DNA of 63,915 nucleotides, the filler included, from Reclinomonas americana ATCC 50394 (lineage: Eukaryota): the NCBI GenBank assembly GCA_048213135.1. It is 45 parts of 45 records of this genome, joined end to end, with 100 filler letters (N's around TTAATTAATTAA, not from the genome) between each part and the next. Parts side by side here need not be neighbours in the genome. Positions count along the whole stretch, not along the records: positions 22,850 to 24,175 come from AFZH01025831.1; positions 24,276 to 25,601 come from AFZH01025832.1; positions 25,702 to 27,026 come from AFZH01025833.1; positions 27,127 to 28,451 come from AFZH01025834.1; positions 28,552 to 29,875 come from AFZH01025835.1; positions 29,976 to 31,299 come from AFZH01025836.1; positions 31,400 to 32,722 come from AFZH01025837.1; positions 32,823 to 34,145 come from AFZH01025838.1; 37 more parts are not named here. One strand, 5' to 3'. Positions within the stretch are counted from its first letter, which is position 1. Each line of letters starts with the position of its first letter. The translations under genes were made by a program, and so were the position numbers. Of the stretch, positions 22,850 through 35,755 are shown piece after piece. The notes under the pieces were generated by a model. That model saw only the letters and a program-made list of their open reading frames with translations, made no database searches and was not told where the DNA came from.

Positions 22850-23898
22850 CTGTCGCTGTTTCCCCCGATGGTGACCGCATTGTGAGTGGAAGTGAAGGCC
22901 GGCGCCGCTGCCGCGGCACCATCCAGGTGTGGTCTGCGGGAAGTGGTGAAGAGGTCCGACGGCTCGAAGGGCACACCGGTGATGTGTTGTCGGTTGTTGC
23001 CACACCCGATCGCAAGCACGTTGTCAGTGGCGCTTGTGATAAGACTGTGCGTGTGTGGTGTGTACACAGTGGAGAAGAGGTGTTGCGATTGGAGGGGCAC
23101 ACGGAAATGGTGCGGTCGGTGGCTGTCACACCCGACGGCACGCATGTGGTGACCGGCGGAGGTGACATGACGATACGAGTGTGGTCCATGGACAGTGGAG
23201 ACCAAGTGCGTTGCTTGCAGGGGCATGCCAATGCAGTACACTCGGTTGCCATCTCTCCCAACGGCCAGCACATTGTGAGTGCGAGTTGCGACTACACGGT
23301 GCGGGTTTGGCTGTTGGAGAGCGGACAGCAAGTACGTCAACTTAACGGACACTCGCATGAAGTGATCTCTGTCGCCGTGACGCCCGACGGAGAGCACGCT
23401 GTGAGCGGGAGCCTGGACAGGACGGTACGAGTGTGGTCATTGGCAACGGGAGAAGAAGTGCGTCAGCTCAAGGGCCACACTGATTACGTGCTCTCCGTCG
23501 CCATCACACCCGACGGACAGCACATTGTCAGTGGCAGTCTTGACGGGACAGTGTTGGTGTGGTCGCTGGCAAGCGGTGAGGCTTCGCTGCGGCTGGAGGG
23601 GCACACTGCTGCCGTGAGGTCAGTTGCGGTCTCCCCCGATGGTCAGCACGTAATCAGTGGGAGTGACGATGAGACCGTACGTGTGTGGTCGCTGACGAGC
23701 GGTGAGGAGTTGCGGCACGATACATTGGTCGATTCAGCACGTACCGTCGCATTTGCCGACGACATCGTCGGAGTCCTCGCCACCGGAAGCTCTATTATTA
23801 TGATCCGTGGCTTTGGCGGAGGGCTGGTAGATCGCGTCCTCAGCTGCTTTTTGCCGGATTTTACCGGTGTGATGGTTGATGAGGGTGAGGGTTATTAA
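22850..23898 (+). CDS. Intronless WD40 protein, divergent member of the same family (5' truncated)
   Basis: Same 42-aa repeat consensus; tail GLVDRVLSCFLPD resembles the family CLVEIVLRCFLVE. Confidence 0.88.
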
Positions 23899-24288
23899 AT
23901 GGCTATTGAAACTAGAACCCTAGCTTGGAGAAGTAGTCGCCCACTCGATTGCTCCTCTGCTCCTTCCCGGACTTCGTTGCACATGTTGGGTTTCCTTATG
24001 TCTTCTGATACCAATACCTCTTGCTATCTTTCACATTTCCTTTGTGGAATTCGGCGTCAAATCCACGCTTGTCATAAGCCGTGGTTTCTCTTGCAGAAAC
24101 GCGAGCATTAGCCATCTCGACTTTTTCTCGTTTTTCCGTGATGTCTGAGTTTCTGGTGCTCACTCAAGATGGTGANNNNNNNNNNNNNNNNNNNNNNNNN
24201 NNNNNNNNNNNNNNNNNNNTTAATTAATTAANNNNNNNNNNNNNNNNNNNNNNNNNNNNNNNNNNNNNNNNNNNNCTCTCTCTCTCTC

Positions 24289-24395
24289 TCTCTCTCGTTG
24301 GTCGATCGCTCCCGCTCTCTCTCGTTGGTCGATCGCTCCCGCTCTCTCTCGTTGGTCGATCGCTCCCGCTCTCTCTCCTTGGTCGACCGCTCCCT
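24289..24395. repeat. 27-bp minisatellite, about 3.5 copies
   Basis: CTCTCTCGTTGGTCGATCGCTCCCGCT repeated. Confidence 0.9.
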
Positions 24396-24433
24396 CCCCC
24401 GTTAGGCACTCCACACCATGTATTATTCCATCT

Positions 24434-24705
24434 CTAGCAACATACGCGCTTGTTGGCCAGCCGCCGTGGATACCAGTAGAGACGCACAAAGAGGAATCCG
24501 CTGGCCATGAGCAGCAGCGCCGCGGAGGGGAAGTATAGCGCGTCGGTGCCAAAGTGGGCCGTCATGGCGGCGCCGATGAGGCTGCCGAGGAAGAAGAAGA
24601 TGACGATGGGGATGAAGACGCGCAGTTTCCACAGGTTGCGGGAGTCGCGGTGGGCGATGAACTGGCCGAGGATGGAGCCGATGTCGCTGAGAAGGCCGCT
24701 GATGT
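24434..24705 (-). CDS. DUF1275/YoaK-family membrane protein, C-terminal exon (frame absent from the ORF track)
   Basis: After a CAG acceptor: ISGLLSDIGSILGQF..NLWKLRVFIPIVIFFFLGSLIGAAM..ALYFPSAALLL, matching the family pattern TGxxTDIG...F.LG..G. Confidence 0.72.
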
Positions 24706-26801
24706 CTGCGGGGGGAGGGGAAGGAATGTGAGAAGGGGGGCGAAGGAGAAGAGAGGGGAAAGAGGGAAAGGGAAGAGAGGAAGGGAAGAGAGGGAGAAGG
24801 AGAAGCAGGGAGAGGAAAAGGGAAAACAGAGAAAAGAGAAAGTGAAAGAGGAGAGAGGGAGGGAGAGGAAAAGGGAAGACAGAGAAGAGGGAAAATGTAG
24901 AGGAGAGAGGGAGGGAGAGGAAAAGGGAAGACAGAGAAGAGAGAAAGTGAAAGAAGAGAAAAGGAGGGAAGGAGAGAGAGGGAAGGCAGAGAGAGAAGGG
25001 AACGAGAGAAGAGGGAAAGAAAGGGAGAGAGAAGGGAGAGAGGAAAGGAGAGAGGACAGGGGGCGAGAGATGGGGGAGAAAGGAAAGAGAGCAGGAAGAG
25101 AGAGCGAGAAAGGAAACATTGACGCTGAGAGTGAGCGGCAGGCGGATACCAATGGATTAAGACCGATTGAGAGGAGACAAACTGAGAAACAGAGATTGCG
25201 AAAGAAAGACAAAGTGAATAAGGCCAAGGGACATAGACTGAAGACGAGATCTGCAAGGATGACAGCGAACAAGCATGAGTGGCGGAGACATCGAGAGATA
25301 GCAGTTGCGCCTCTCGCCCAGGCCGTGGTCTCATCCTCTCTTTGCTTCCCTCTCTCTCATTCTCAGTCAAAGTCGAGATCTGCCGCAAAACGCCCCGCCA
25401 TTCCATCCTGCGTGCACTCGGCTGCGTACATTGCTCTGCTTTCCGTCTGCCTCTCCTTCTTCTCCTCCTCACTCTCGCACAGTCTGTCTTCGCGCCTCGT
25501 CTTGCTTCTTCTCTTCCTTCATCTCTCTCTCTCTCTCTCTCGTCGCGCAGTCGGCTGTGTACATCGCCTTGCTTCTTCTCCTCCTCACTCACGCACAGTC
25601 TNNNNNNNNNNNNNNNNNNNNNNNNNNNNNNNNNNNNNNNNNNNNTTAATTAATTAANNNNNNNNNNNNNNNNNNNNNNNNNNNNNNNNNNNNNNNNNNN
25701 NGGCGGTGGTCTGGTTGGCCCACAGAGGAACCTGCAGGCCACGTGTCAGATGCAACGAACGCAAAGCGTGCTGCGTGGCAAGAGGGACCTGACGCTGGCC
25801 AACGCAACGAGACACTCCAGTGCAGACAGATTGCTCGGGTCGTGAGCCAGTGGCAGCATGGCGTGCGAAGTGTTCGCCACGTGCAGCGCAGCAATCTTCT
25901 GCTGCAGCGGTGACGTGGCCACGACGGGAGGAGGAGGAGGCGGAGGGGACAGAGGAGGTGGTGGTGGTGGCGGAGGTGGAGGAGGTGGTCGAGGCAGAGG
26001 TGCGGGAAGAGCAGCCGGCGACACACTGCCTGCAGGCATCTCATACTTGGAGGATGGCGGAGATTTGGCGGAGCGCGAGGCCCCACAGCCACCACCTCGA
26101 AGGGCGGCACGATGGCCACAGCCACCGTGCATACAGCTGGCGAGGAAGAGAGAATGTGAGGGGGCAAGAAACAGAGAAACGAGAAGGGAGAAGAGAAAAG
26201 GAACAAAGCAGCGGCGCTCATGATCAGCCAAAAACCAGACTCACCCTTGCATGTCCACTGTGAGCAAGTGGCACACCGTGTGAGAGAGCAAGCTGGGCGG
26301 AGAGTTGATACGCAGCAACTGCGCGAGATACAACACGCCCGCTTGCAAACTGCAACAGAAGAATATTGTGGTGAATCTGTCGTAACTCCGAGACAAGGAC
26401 AAGCGGCCAGCTATCCCCCGGTGGCACCGATACATGCTGAAGTATAGAGCAGAGCAGTTCACCGCCAGCTCGTCATGCAAGTCCAATCTCGACTTCGACT
26501 TCGATATCGACGTCAACTTCGAACTCCTCAGCGGCCTTCCGAGCTTTGCTGCAACGCCCCATTGACATGGTGGTCATCATGGTATGCACTGTGTTGCTGC
26601 CAGGGCCCAGTGCAAGGTGTGTGCGCATTGTGGTCGAAGTCAACTTTGACCAAGTCCCACCGCAACTCACACGCACACCCACACCCACACGCACGCAGAC
26701 ATTCTTGCACACGCACACACACTTTCACTTTGTTTCATCCCACCCCACTCCCTCTCTCGCTCTCACACACTTTTCCCCTTTGATTTATCCGCACGAGCAT
26801 C

Positions 26802-27026
26802 ATGGACGCAGTCAACAGTCAACGACTGGCAGCAGCAACTAAACGCTTCGCTGCGGCGACGAAGGCGTCGACGGCTAGAGAATTCAACGAGGCAGCCGCA
26901 CTCTTCGCCGAGTGCGTGCGCGATTTCACTGAGCTTCTTGGCCCGCACAATCAACAGTGGACGATCACCTCGGTGATTCACCATTTTGAGTCTCTCGGGT
27001 GCATGGCCGACCGTACGCGCGCAGCT
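26802..27026 (+). CDS. N-terminus of a TPR-like protein
   Basis: REFNEAAALFAECVRDFTELLGPHNQQWT resembles the TPR type at 5715-7044. Confidence 0.5.
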
Positions 27027-27126
27027 NNNNNNNNNNNNNNNNNNNNNNNNNNNNNNNNNNNNNNNNNNNNTTAATTAATTAANNNNNNNNNNNNNNNNNN
27101 NNNNNNNNNNNNNNNNNNNNNNNNNN

Positions 27127-28451
27127 GAATGACTTGTCGAAGAACAGAGGTGATGCGCCATTGTCTGTCGATCGCACAGTCACAACCAAGCCCGTTCCAT
27201 TCTGTCCAGCTGTCGTGATGCGCAGTTGCGATCCTGAGACGTTGAACATGGCCGCATTCGCTCCGCCCACAATCGTGTACGTGAATGTCTGAGCCGAGTT
27301 GGCATCGGTCGTCGACAGGTTACCAATCACGAGGTTGGCAGTGGTTGGCGGCGTGTATGTCGTCACCGACAGTGCAATGTCAGTCGGAGCAACATTCGCT
27401 GAACGAGAAAAAAAAAGGAATGAGAAACACAGATGACACCACGCAGCTCCGAGATAATACGAACCCTCGTTGATCGTAAATGTCTTGTCGAAGAACAGAG
27501 GTGATGCACCGCTATCCGTCGACCGCACAATTACAAGCAGACCGGTTCCATTCTGTCCGGCCGTCGTGATGCGCAGCTGAGCGCCAGAGATGTTGAACAT
27601 GGCCGCATTCGCTCCGCCCACAATTGTGTACGTGAACGTCTGAGCCGAATTGGCATCGGTCGTTGACAGAGTGCCCACCACGACATTGGCCGTGGTCGGA
27701 GGCGTGTACGTCGTCGCCGACAGAGCAATATCCGACGGCGAAACATTTCCTACGATGCAGAAACATCGAAACGGGGATTACAGCGAAATCATACAAAACA
27801 CTAAAAAGAGTAATCAAACACACCTTCGTTAATCGTGAATGTCTTGTCAAAGAACAGCGATCCACTGCCGCTGTCCGTCGATCGCACAATCACAACCAAG
27901 CCAGTTCCATTCTGCCCGGCTGTCGTGATGCGCAGCTGGGCGCCAGAGATGTTGAACATGGCTGCATTCGCTCCACCCACAATCGTGTACGTGTACGTTT
28001 GGCATGAATTCGCGTCCACGGTGGAAAGCGAACCGACGATGACATTGGCAGTGGTCGGCGGCAAGTACATCACAGACGAAATCGCAATGTCCGTCGGCGC
28101 AACATTCACTACAGGAGAATGTGTTATCATAAGAGAAGCATACACGCGAGTACCAAAACAAGCAACTGACCTTCGTTGATCGTGAATGTCTTCTCGAAGT
28201 ACAGTGATCCACTGCCGCTGTCGGTCGTCCGCACAATCACCACCAAGCCAATTCCATTTTGTCCGGCTGTCGTAATGCGCAGCTGGGCACCCGAGATGTT
28301 GAACGTGGCCGCATTCGCTCCCCCCACAATCGAGTACGTGAATGTCTGCGCCGAGTTGGCGTCAGTCGTTGACAGTGTGCCCACCACGACGTTGGCTGTT
28401 GACGGTGGCGTGTACGTCGTCGCCGTCAGTGCAACGTCCGTCGGTGCAACA
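27127..28451 (-). CDS. Cadherin-like repeat protein, one 285-nt exon (95 aa) per domain
   Basis: NVAPTDIALS..VGTLSTTDANSAQTFTYTIVGGANAAMFNISGAQLRIT..VIVRSTDSG..FDKTFTINE four times; phase-1 introns at 28170-28109, 27823-27750 and 27464-27399. Confidence 0.88.
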
Positions 28452-28560
28452 NNNNNNNNNNNNNNNNNNNNNNNNNNNNNNNNNNNNNNNNNNNNTTAAT
28501 TAATTAANNNNNNNNNNNNNNNNNNNNNNNNNNNNNNNNNNNNNNNNNNNNGTCGTCGTG

Positions 28561-28676
<116 letters not shown>

Positions 28677-28714
28677 TCTCCATCTCGGAGCTATAACGTC
28701 CTGCAACCGTGCAG

Positions 28715-29841
28715 GGTGTCGGCTTTGTGACTGCCGATGCACTGTTGGCGCTGCTGGAGGGCGATGCTGCAAAGTTGGTCGCGGAGGAGTTTTGCCGCGT
28801 GACGCGTGCCGAGGTGGATGCCGGCTCTGTGCTGGCGTCCAAGCCGCTGACCGGCCTGGCGCATGTGCTGGCCGTGCTGTTGCAGGAGGACGAGGCGGCA
28901 CGTCTGGTGTTTGCGTCGACCAGCGACGCACTGCCGTTGCTTCGATCGCTGCTGGCGACCGCGCTTTCTGGCCTCAAGACTGGCGGTACGGACAGCAAGG
29001 CAACTCCCTGGTTGGCCAGTGCGCTTTTGCTCCTCGATGGAGTCGCCAAGATTCCAGTCGACGAGGAGACGGCAGAGACGGCACCGGTGTGCGAGTTCTT
29101 TGCGGACGATGCCAGCCCGATCCTTCTGTTGCTCTCCGAATTGTTGGCATTCCGATTCCAGGCCAACGAGGTGGATGCACTGCTACGCGTCTTGTGCACC
29201 CTGACCCGCGACCACCGCCGTGCAGTGAGGGTGCGTTGCAAACGAGATCGTGACTCTGTTACTTGTTCTTTCTGTTGGTTGGTTGCTGATGTTTGTACTT
29301 GTTGCAGTTTGCGCAAGCTGGCGGCGTCAAGCAACTGTTGTCGGTGCCGTTCGGCTCGACGACAAGCATCGAGGGAAGCGTGCTGGCCACGGCCACCGAA
29401 ATCCTCATGCACACTGTGGAGGATGGCACGCTGCTGGAACGGCGCATGGAGCGCGTGATCAAAAAGGCACTGAAGAATCTCAGCGGCCGCGGCATGGCAG
29501 TGGTGTCGGCCGAATCGTTCTTCCAGTTGGTGGCTCCGTTGTTTGCGCGTAACCGCGAGACGGCCACTAAGGCCATTCTCAATGTCTGCGTTCTCACCGA
29601 GGCCGGTGTGCGTCTGCGAGGTGCGTGTGGCAAAGAGCATTCGAATGTGTTGACTGCTCCCACTTTGTCCTCATTGTTTGCGTGTCTTTTGTAACAGAAC
29701 GGTACGGCGAGTCGGCACAGCGCCACGATGCGGCTGCTGCCGGCGGCGAGTGGCTGACCAACGTCACACGCGAAATGCTTGAGTGGTTCACTCACGTGCT
29801 GCGCATGGAGACCGACATTGCACGCGAGTTGGAGGCCACTG
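28715..29841 (+). CDS. HUWE1: HECT E3 ligase HUWE1/UPL1/Tom1, central region (partial)
   Basis: PWLASALLLLD; ALLRVLCTLTRDHRRAVR|FAQAGGVKQLLSVP; ILMHTVEDGTLLERRME; LVAPLFARN. Confidence 0.8.
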
Positions 29842-30075
29842 GTGAGTATGCATGTGTGTGGGTGTGTTGTGTGTTNNNNNNNNNNNNNNNNNNNNNNNNN
29901 NNNNNNNNNNNNNNNNNNNTTAATTAATTAANNNNNNNNNNNNNNNNNNNNNNNNNNNNNNNNNNNNNNNNNNNNGAGGAGAGAGAGAGAGAGAGGGAGA
30001 GAGTGGGAGAATGAGAGAGAGAGAGAGATCTTGCGCATAGGGACGAAGGAAACAACTGAAAAACACAACGATGAA

Positions 30076-31143
30076 TCACAGTCGGAGATCGACGTCGACA
30101 GAGCAGCGAAACAGAACAACCTCCGCCTCCTCGACCAGGAAGCAGCGTAGCACGATCTCCACCAGGCAGCGCGGATCCTCGCTTTCTTCTTCCTGCATCT
30201 CCTGCACCGCTCGCAAGGCCGACCGCGCACAACAGAGCTCCTGCCGGGCGAGGCCACACGGCGTACTCCACACCTGTACGGTGCCATCGCCACACCCACC
30301 CACTACATGCTGACCGTCGGGAGCGACGGCAACAGAGCGCACAGAATCTGCATATCCATCCAGCCGTCGCACTTCTTCCCCACTCGCCACTGACCACACG
30401 CGTGCAGTCAAATCATAGCCGCCGGCACTCACACCGTGCCGACCATCGGGAGCGACGGCAACACACCACACACATGCGGTGTGCCCACCCATCCGTCGCA
30501 GCTCCTGTCTGCTCGCCATCGACCACACACGCACCGTCATGTCCTCACTCCCGCTCACCACATACTGACCGTCGAGAGTAACAGCGACAGAGAACACCGC
30601 CCCAGTGTGCCCCATCATCTTTTGCACCTCCTCCCCACTCACCAGTGACCACACACGCATCGTCGTGTCCCCACTCCCGCTCACGACATGTTGACCGTCG
30701 GGAGTGACGGCCACAGAGAACACCGACCCTGTGTGTCCAACCAGTCGCCACACTTCCTTGCCACTCGCCAGCGACCACACGCGCACAGTCTTGTCGTGAC
30801 TGCCACTCACGACGTGCTGACTATCGGGAGTAACGACGACAGAGGTCACTCCTTCCGAGTGTCCGTCAATCTGACGCACTTCCTCCCCACTCGCCAGTGA
30901 CCACACCCGCACTGTCGCATCACGACTCCCGCTCACAACGTGCTGCCCATTGGGAGCGACGGCGACACAGTGCACCCATCCGTGGTGTCCCTCCAGTCGC
31001 TGCACTTCCTCTCCACTGGCCAGCGACCACACTCGCACAGTCCTGTCGCCGCAGCCAACAACAATATGTCGGCCGTCTGGAGTGATGGCGACAGAGTGCA
31101 CTTCACTCTCAGTGCAGAAGCATGTGCTGATGAAGATGGTCAT
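30076..31143 (-). CDS. Intronless WD40 family member with C-terminal module (complete)
   Basis: Seven WD repeats plus WSTPCGLARQELCCARSALRAVQEMQ..DPRCLVEIVLRCFLVEEAEVVLFRC. Confidence 0.93.
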   Translation of the reverse strand: MTIFISTCFCTESEVHSVAITPDGRHIVVGCGDRTVRVWSLASGEEVQRLEGHHGWVHCVAVAPNGQHVVSGSRDATVRVWSLASGEEVRQIDGHSEGVTSVVVTPDSQHVVSGSHDKTVRVWSLASGKEVWRLVGHTGSVFSVAVTPDGQHVVSGSGDTTMRVWSLVSGEEVQKMMGHTGAVFSVAVTLDGQYVVSGSEDMTVRVWSMASRQELRRMGGHTACVWCVAVAPDGRHGVSAGGYDLTARVWSVASGEEVRRLDGYADSVRSVAVAPDGQHVVGGCGDGTVQVWSTPCGLARQELCCARSALRAVQEMQEEESEDPRCLVEIVLRCFLVEEAEVVLFRCSVDVDLRL

Positions 31144-31399
31144 GGCGTGCGAGTTGGTATGTGTGCGTGGATTGAAAAAGTCCTGAGAACGAAGGACGTG
31201 ATCGACGCACGCATTTACTGGCCTTTACTCATCGATGAGAGAGAGAGAGAGAGAGGAGAGGGCTTGCGCATAGGGACGAAGGAAACCACTGAAAAACACN
31301 NNNNNNNNNNNNNNNNNNNNNNNNNNNNNNNNNNNNNNNNNNNTTAATTAATTAANNNNNNNNNNNNNNNNNNNNNNNNNNNNNNNNNNNNNNNNNNNN

Positions 31400-32422
31400 A
31401 ACAGGAGTTGCAGGAGAAGATTCGTGTCATGCAGCTGGAGCAGCGTGGTTTTGAGGTGCAAGTCAAGCAGCTGGAGTTGCAGTTGCAGCAAGTGACCGAA
31501 GCGAAGCGATTCGTTGCGTATTCGTTCTCTTTACGAGTGTGGTAGCGCTGTGCTGACGTTGTGGTCAGGCCGACGAGTCGTGCCAGCGATACGTGGAACA
31601 GACTCACGATCTGCAGACACGCAATCGGCAACTCGAGCGCGATCTGGAGGCCACTCGTCGCGAGTTGGCCGAGTTGAGGACGCGATGGGATGCCAGCGAG
31701 GCGCAGCGCACTCGACAGCAGCAGATGCAGGCGGAGCATGCGGCGTCTCTGGCATCGCTGCAGAACGAGCTGCAGTTGCAGCAGAAGCAGGCGTTGCAGT
31801 CACAGAAGCAGTTGGAGGAGCTGCGTGTGGTCTACGGCATGCTGCGCGAGGAGAAGGTGAGCGCATGTATGTTCAGCAGCTCTTGTGTGCGCGCATGCAT
31901 TCTCACACGTCGTCCTCGTGTGCTCCGCAGACCAAGATGGAGGAGGCTGCACTGGTCAAGGAGGAGAGGTATCGTGCGCTCGACAAGCAGAACGAGGACG
32001 TGCGCGTGGAGAATCGTGTGCTCTCGGACGAACTTGCCGAGACACGACAACAGTTGCGAGATGCGCGCACGGAGTGCGATGACTTGAACGTGGCGCTCTC
32101 CGAGAAGACAGTGCTGGTGCGGCAGCTGCAAGACCGCGTGGAGCAGGGCCAGATCTTGGAGAAACTCGACATGGGCGAGTTCAAGCGCATGATGCGCACC
32201 AATGTGCAGGTGGCGCAGACCATCAGTCAGCTGATGGGCAAACTCGGTGCCGATGGCGAAGACGGCAACGGCGACGAATTCGACGAGTACGGTGGTGAGC
32301 AGCAACAACAACAGCAACAACAACAACCATCGCAACAGCCGTCGGTGCCGTTCAGGCCACCACAGCAACAACCTCGCGGTGGCAACGGTCGTGGTAGTGG
32401 TGGTGGTGGTGACGGATACTGA
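31400..32422 (+). CDS. Long coiled-coil protein, 3' part (2 introns)
   Basis: Glu/Gln/Leu heptad-rich exons joined by introns starting at 31513 and ~31857; ends DGY*. Confidence 0.7.
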
Positions 32423-32822
32423 CAGGAACAGCGGTTGTTGGTTCGGTGAGAGTTTTCTTGTTTTTGTAGAAGTAGGTGTAATGCAGAGCTGATGGTTGAC
32501 AATCTGGCGGTGAGGGTGGTTCGTTTCTTCAGTTGAGGGGTTCGTGAGGCAGGCGAGATACAGAGTTCACTCAGCGAGGAGAAGATAGTGGTTGCTGTTG
32601 ATGATGGTTATCGTCGTTGTCGGTGTTGTGTTGATGTTGTTACCCGGCGGTATTGCGTATGGCAAACGTGCTGCAGATCTGCGTGCACAGCAGGAGCCAC
32701 CCGAAGACCACAATGTACCCGTNNNNNNNNNNNNNNNNNNNNNNNNNNNNNNNNNNNNNNNNNNNNTTAATTAATTAANNNNNNNNNNNNNNNNNNNNNN
32801 NNNNNNNNNNNNNNNNNNNNNN

Positions 32823-34086
32823 ATTCTCCATCTATCCGCCGGCGTCTGCCCGTCCATATCTCATGGCAGACGCTGTGCTTGTCCTAGCTAACCCCATCAC
32901 AGGTACACATGTCGCATGTTAATCCCCGCGGAGCATCATATTTTCTTCCTTGTTTTTTTGACATCTCTCATGCGTTGCTGCTGTGTCGACCGTCTTGCTC
33001 ACCGCACGCCGTTTGCTTTCATTTTACAGAACCCGCAGAAGATGAGGGCAGCTCTGCTGGTGTCGACCACACGACTCGCGTCACCCACCACTACCGGGTG
33101 TACAAAACTCGCGAACCGACTTGCTGCGACTGGTACGTTGCTTGTCTTCTGTTCTCTGAAAAAATGTGCTGGGTGCTAATGGAGTTGTCTGCAGGGTGAT
33201 GCGAATTTTGAGTATTTTGGCGTTCCTGATTGCGCTCGGCATCCTCGCCGCCGTCATCTGGCACTACGTCAACAAGCACCTGCCAGGCAGCTGGGAGGTC
33301 ACCGACGACATGTCGGTGCGTGAAAAAAACTGTCAAATGTGGTGCATGTCGTGACTGGCTTTTTGATTGACTTCTCCTCTCTCTACCATCAGGTCAATGG
33401 TCACCTGATGACCAACAACGCCAGAGCCGCCAACGAAGTCAAGTCGCCCATGTTTGTGCTTGAGAACAATGGTGGATTGCCAGCGAATCGTTGCGTGTCC
33501 CCCTGTTTGATTCCACCGCGATTACTCTGACTGACTGGCTGACTGACTGAACTGTGCGTCGCCGTAGGTTTTGGACCTGGTGCGAGATCAGCATCATCAG
33601 GCGACTCCTCAGGCGGCGGTTCTTGGTCGTCTCGTTCCAGTGGCTATGGTGGCTCGGCTGCGCATACTGGCGACATTGCCTACTTTGACAACTCGGCTGA
33701 GACGAACGAAGAGGAGGGCTTTAGCACCCGCGACTCGTTTGTGACGCGCGCGTCGACGGACCCGTTGACCTACGTCTTCCAGATTGCCGACAACCGCAAG
33801 TTCCAGCTGTACGCTCAGCAGGGCACCGACAAGACCCCGCTGATGACTGCCGACCCCATTACTGGAGTGCGTAGTACTCTTTGTGCTTGTCTGTCTTCCC
33901 CCTTCGTCGTCTCACTCTCCTCCTGGTGTTAGGTCAATTTTGAAGGTCCAGTGACTGCCACTGAGGGTTTCTTCTTTGCCACCAACACCACTAGCGGATT
34001 GCGCCTCGACGGCACTATCAGCTCGGATGTTGAGTTCAACGCTGTTGTGCTGCAGTCGCTGTTGCCCGACGCCGAGGACGTCACGG
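32823..34086 (+). CDS. Unknown single-pass membrane protein (multi-exon, partial)
   Basis: Transmembrane segment ILSILAFLIALGILAAVIWHY followed by beta-rich exons linked by GT-AG introns. Confidence 0.55.
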
Positions 34087-34670
34087 GTGAGTGTGCATGT
34101 GAAAGAGAGAGTGGTTTTTCCCGCAGTCTCATTAATCGCTTCCCANNNNNNNNNNNNNNNNNNNNNNNNNNNNNNNNNNNNNNNNNNNNTTAATTAATTA
34201 ANNNNNNNNNNNNNNNNNNNNNNNNNNNNNNNNNNNNNNNNNNNNCATCTTCTCATGTTCTCCCCGTTCGTTCCCCATCTCCTCATCCTTTCTTCCATTT
34301 CTTCTCAATTGCATGCGGTCTTTCTCCTCCAGTCTTTCCTCCTATCATTATCCCCCATCGCTCGTTCTTTCCTTATCACCTCACTTTCTATCCTTGTCTT
34401 CTCCTCCAATCTCTCCTTCCATTTTCGTCTCCCTGTCTCTCACCGCTGTTCGTCTTTTCATTCTCACTATTTCTTGGATATCTTTCGCCTCCTCGTCGTC
34501 CCCTTGCTCCTCTCCCTGCTTATAATTTCATGCCTCTCCTTCTCACCCTCTTTCTTTGATTATCTTTCTCAATGTGCATTCTCTCCTTTCCCTTTCCTTC
34601 CCCTTTCCTTCCTTTTCCCTCCCCTTCCCGTTCCCCTTCTCTCTCATCCCCCTTCTCTTCCCCTTCACTC

Positions 34671-35568
34671 ACCACGCCAGATCCGACACCGAACCCTCGA
34701 AAATGTCGCGCACCACCGCAATCGGTGTCGGGCTGGTGGAGGACCATACCGAAAACGAGAAATCCATGCTCCCTGTGCACACACACACCACCACCAACGT
34801 CACCACATCACTTCTTTACACGCGCGCACGCACACACGCAATCGACACGCACCGAGAGCCCAGTACAGATATGCGCCCTCGTTCGGCGATTGTGGATCCG
34901 AGTCAAACATGCGACTCGTGTACCGCTGTGACAAGACTGAGCCAGTGGTGCGCGAAGCACATCTCACATCATCAAAGAAAAACGCAACCACCGCCGACAC
35001 GGCAGCCGTGTGACCTTGCAGGAGTGCGGCCTCCTCAAAGTTCTTGGTGCGATTCAGCACCACCGCCACGGGGTGCGTGCCGTCTTTCGGTGTGGCGTCC
35101 ATAAGCATGACGTAGCCGCCGTCTGGCGAGAACCTGGCAGTCAAGAGAACAGTCAATGTCTCATCTTCCCCCTTCCCCATCCACGGTGTTGTACGCAACT
35201 CTGGTCGCAGATACGGCACCTCGTGGCTGTACGAGCGGAAATTATCCGTAATCTGTCGCTCCACCTTCCACGTCTCACAGTTCCACACCGAGGTGGAGTG
35301 CGGCGACTGCGTGATGAGGTAGCGGCCAATGGGGTCCCAGCAGAGGCCGCGCAGTTCTTCCGTGGCTTTGAGGCTCTTGATCTCGCCTGTCGCCGCACAG
35401 GGTGAGAGAGCGCGAAGAAGAGCAAGCCGGAGAAATGTGAAGCAAGCAGACCAAAGCTCTCCGCATCCCACACCCGCGTGATGCCGTCCATGTTGCAGGC
35501 GGCGAGCTTCGTGCACAGGTGATTCCACGCCACCATCTTCACGTCCAGCTCGCCGAGTCGCAACGACT
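34671..35568 (-). CDS. HIRA: Histone chaperone HIRA/Hir1, WD40 region (partial)
   Basis: RGLCWDPIGRYLITQS; LRPEFSPDG; LQGHTAAVSAVRY; ALGSMDFSFSVWSSTSPTPIAVVRDIFEGSVSDLAW. Confidence 0.9.
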
Positions 35569-35755
35569 NNNNNNNNNNNNNNNNNNNNNNNNNNNNNNNN
35601 NNNNNNNNNNNNTTAATTAATTAANNNNNNNNNNNNNNNNNNNNNNNNNNNNNNNNNNNNNNNNNNNNAAAACACTGATGTCATTAATTAATTGGTAGAT
35701 ATACACTTTTTCAAACACCACCTTCTCGCCGATAGATTACTAATAGATACAATTG

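Noticed and set aside
24423..25657. Long Leu/Ser/Phe or Arg/Glu/Gly ORFs (also 41844-42740 and 62633-63384)
   Set aside because: These are translations of CT/GA and CA/GT microsatellite-rich intronic or intergenic DNA.
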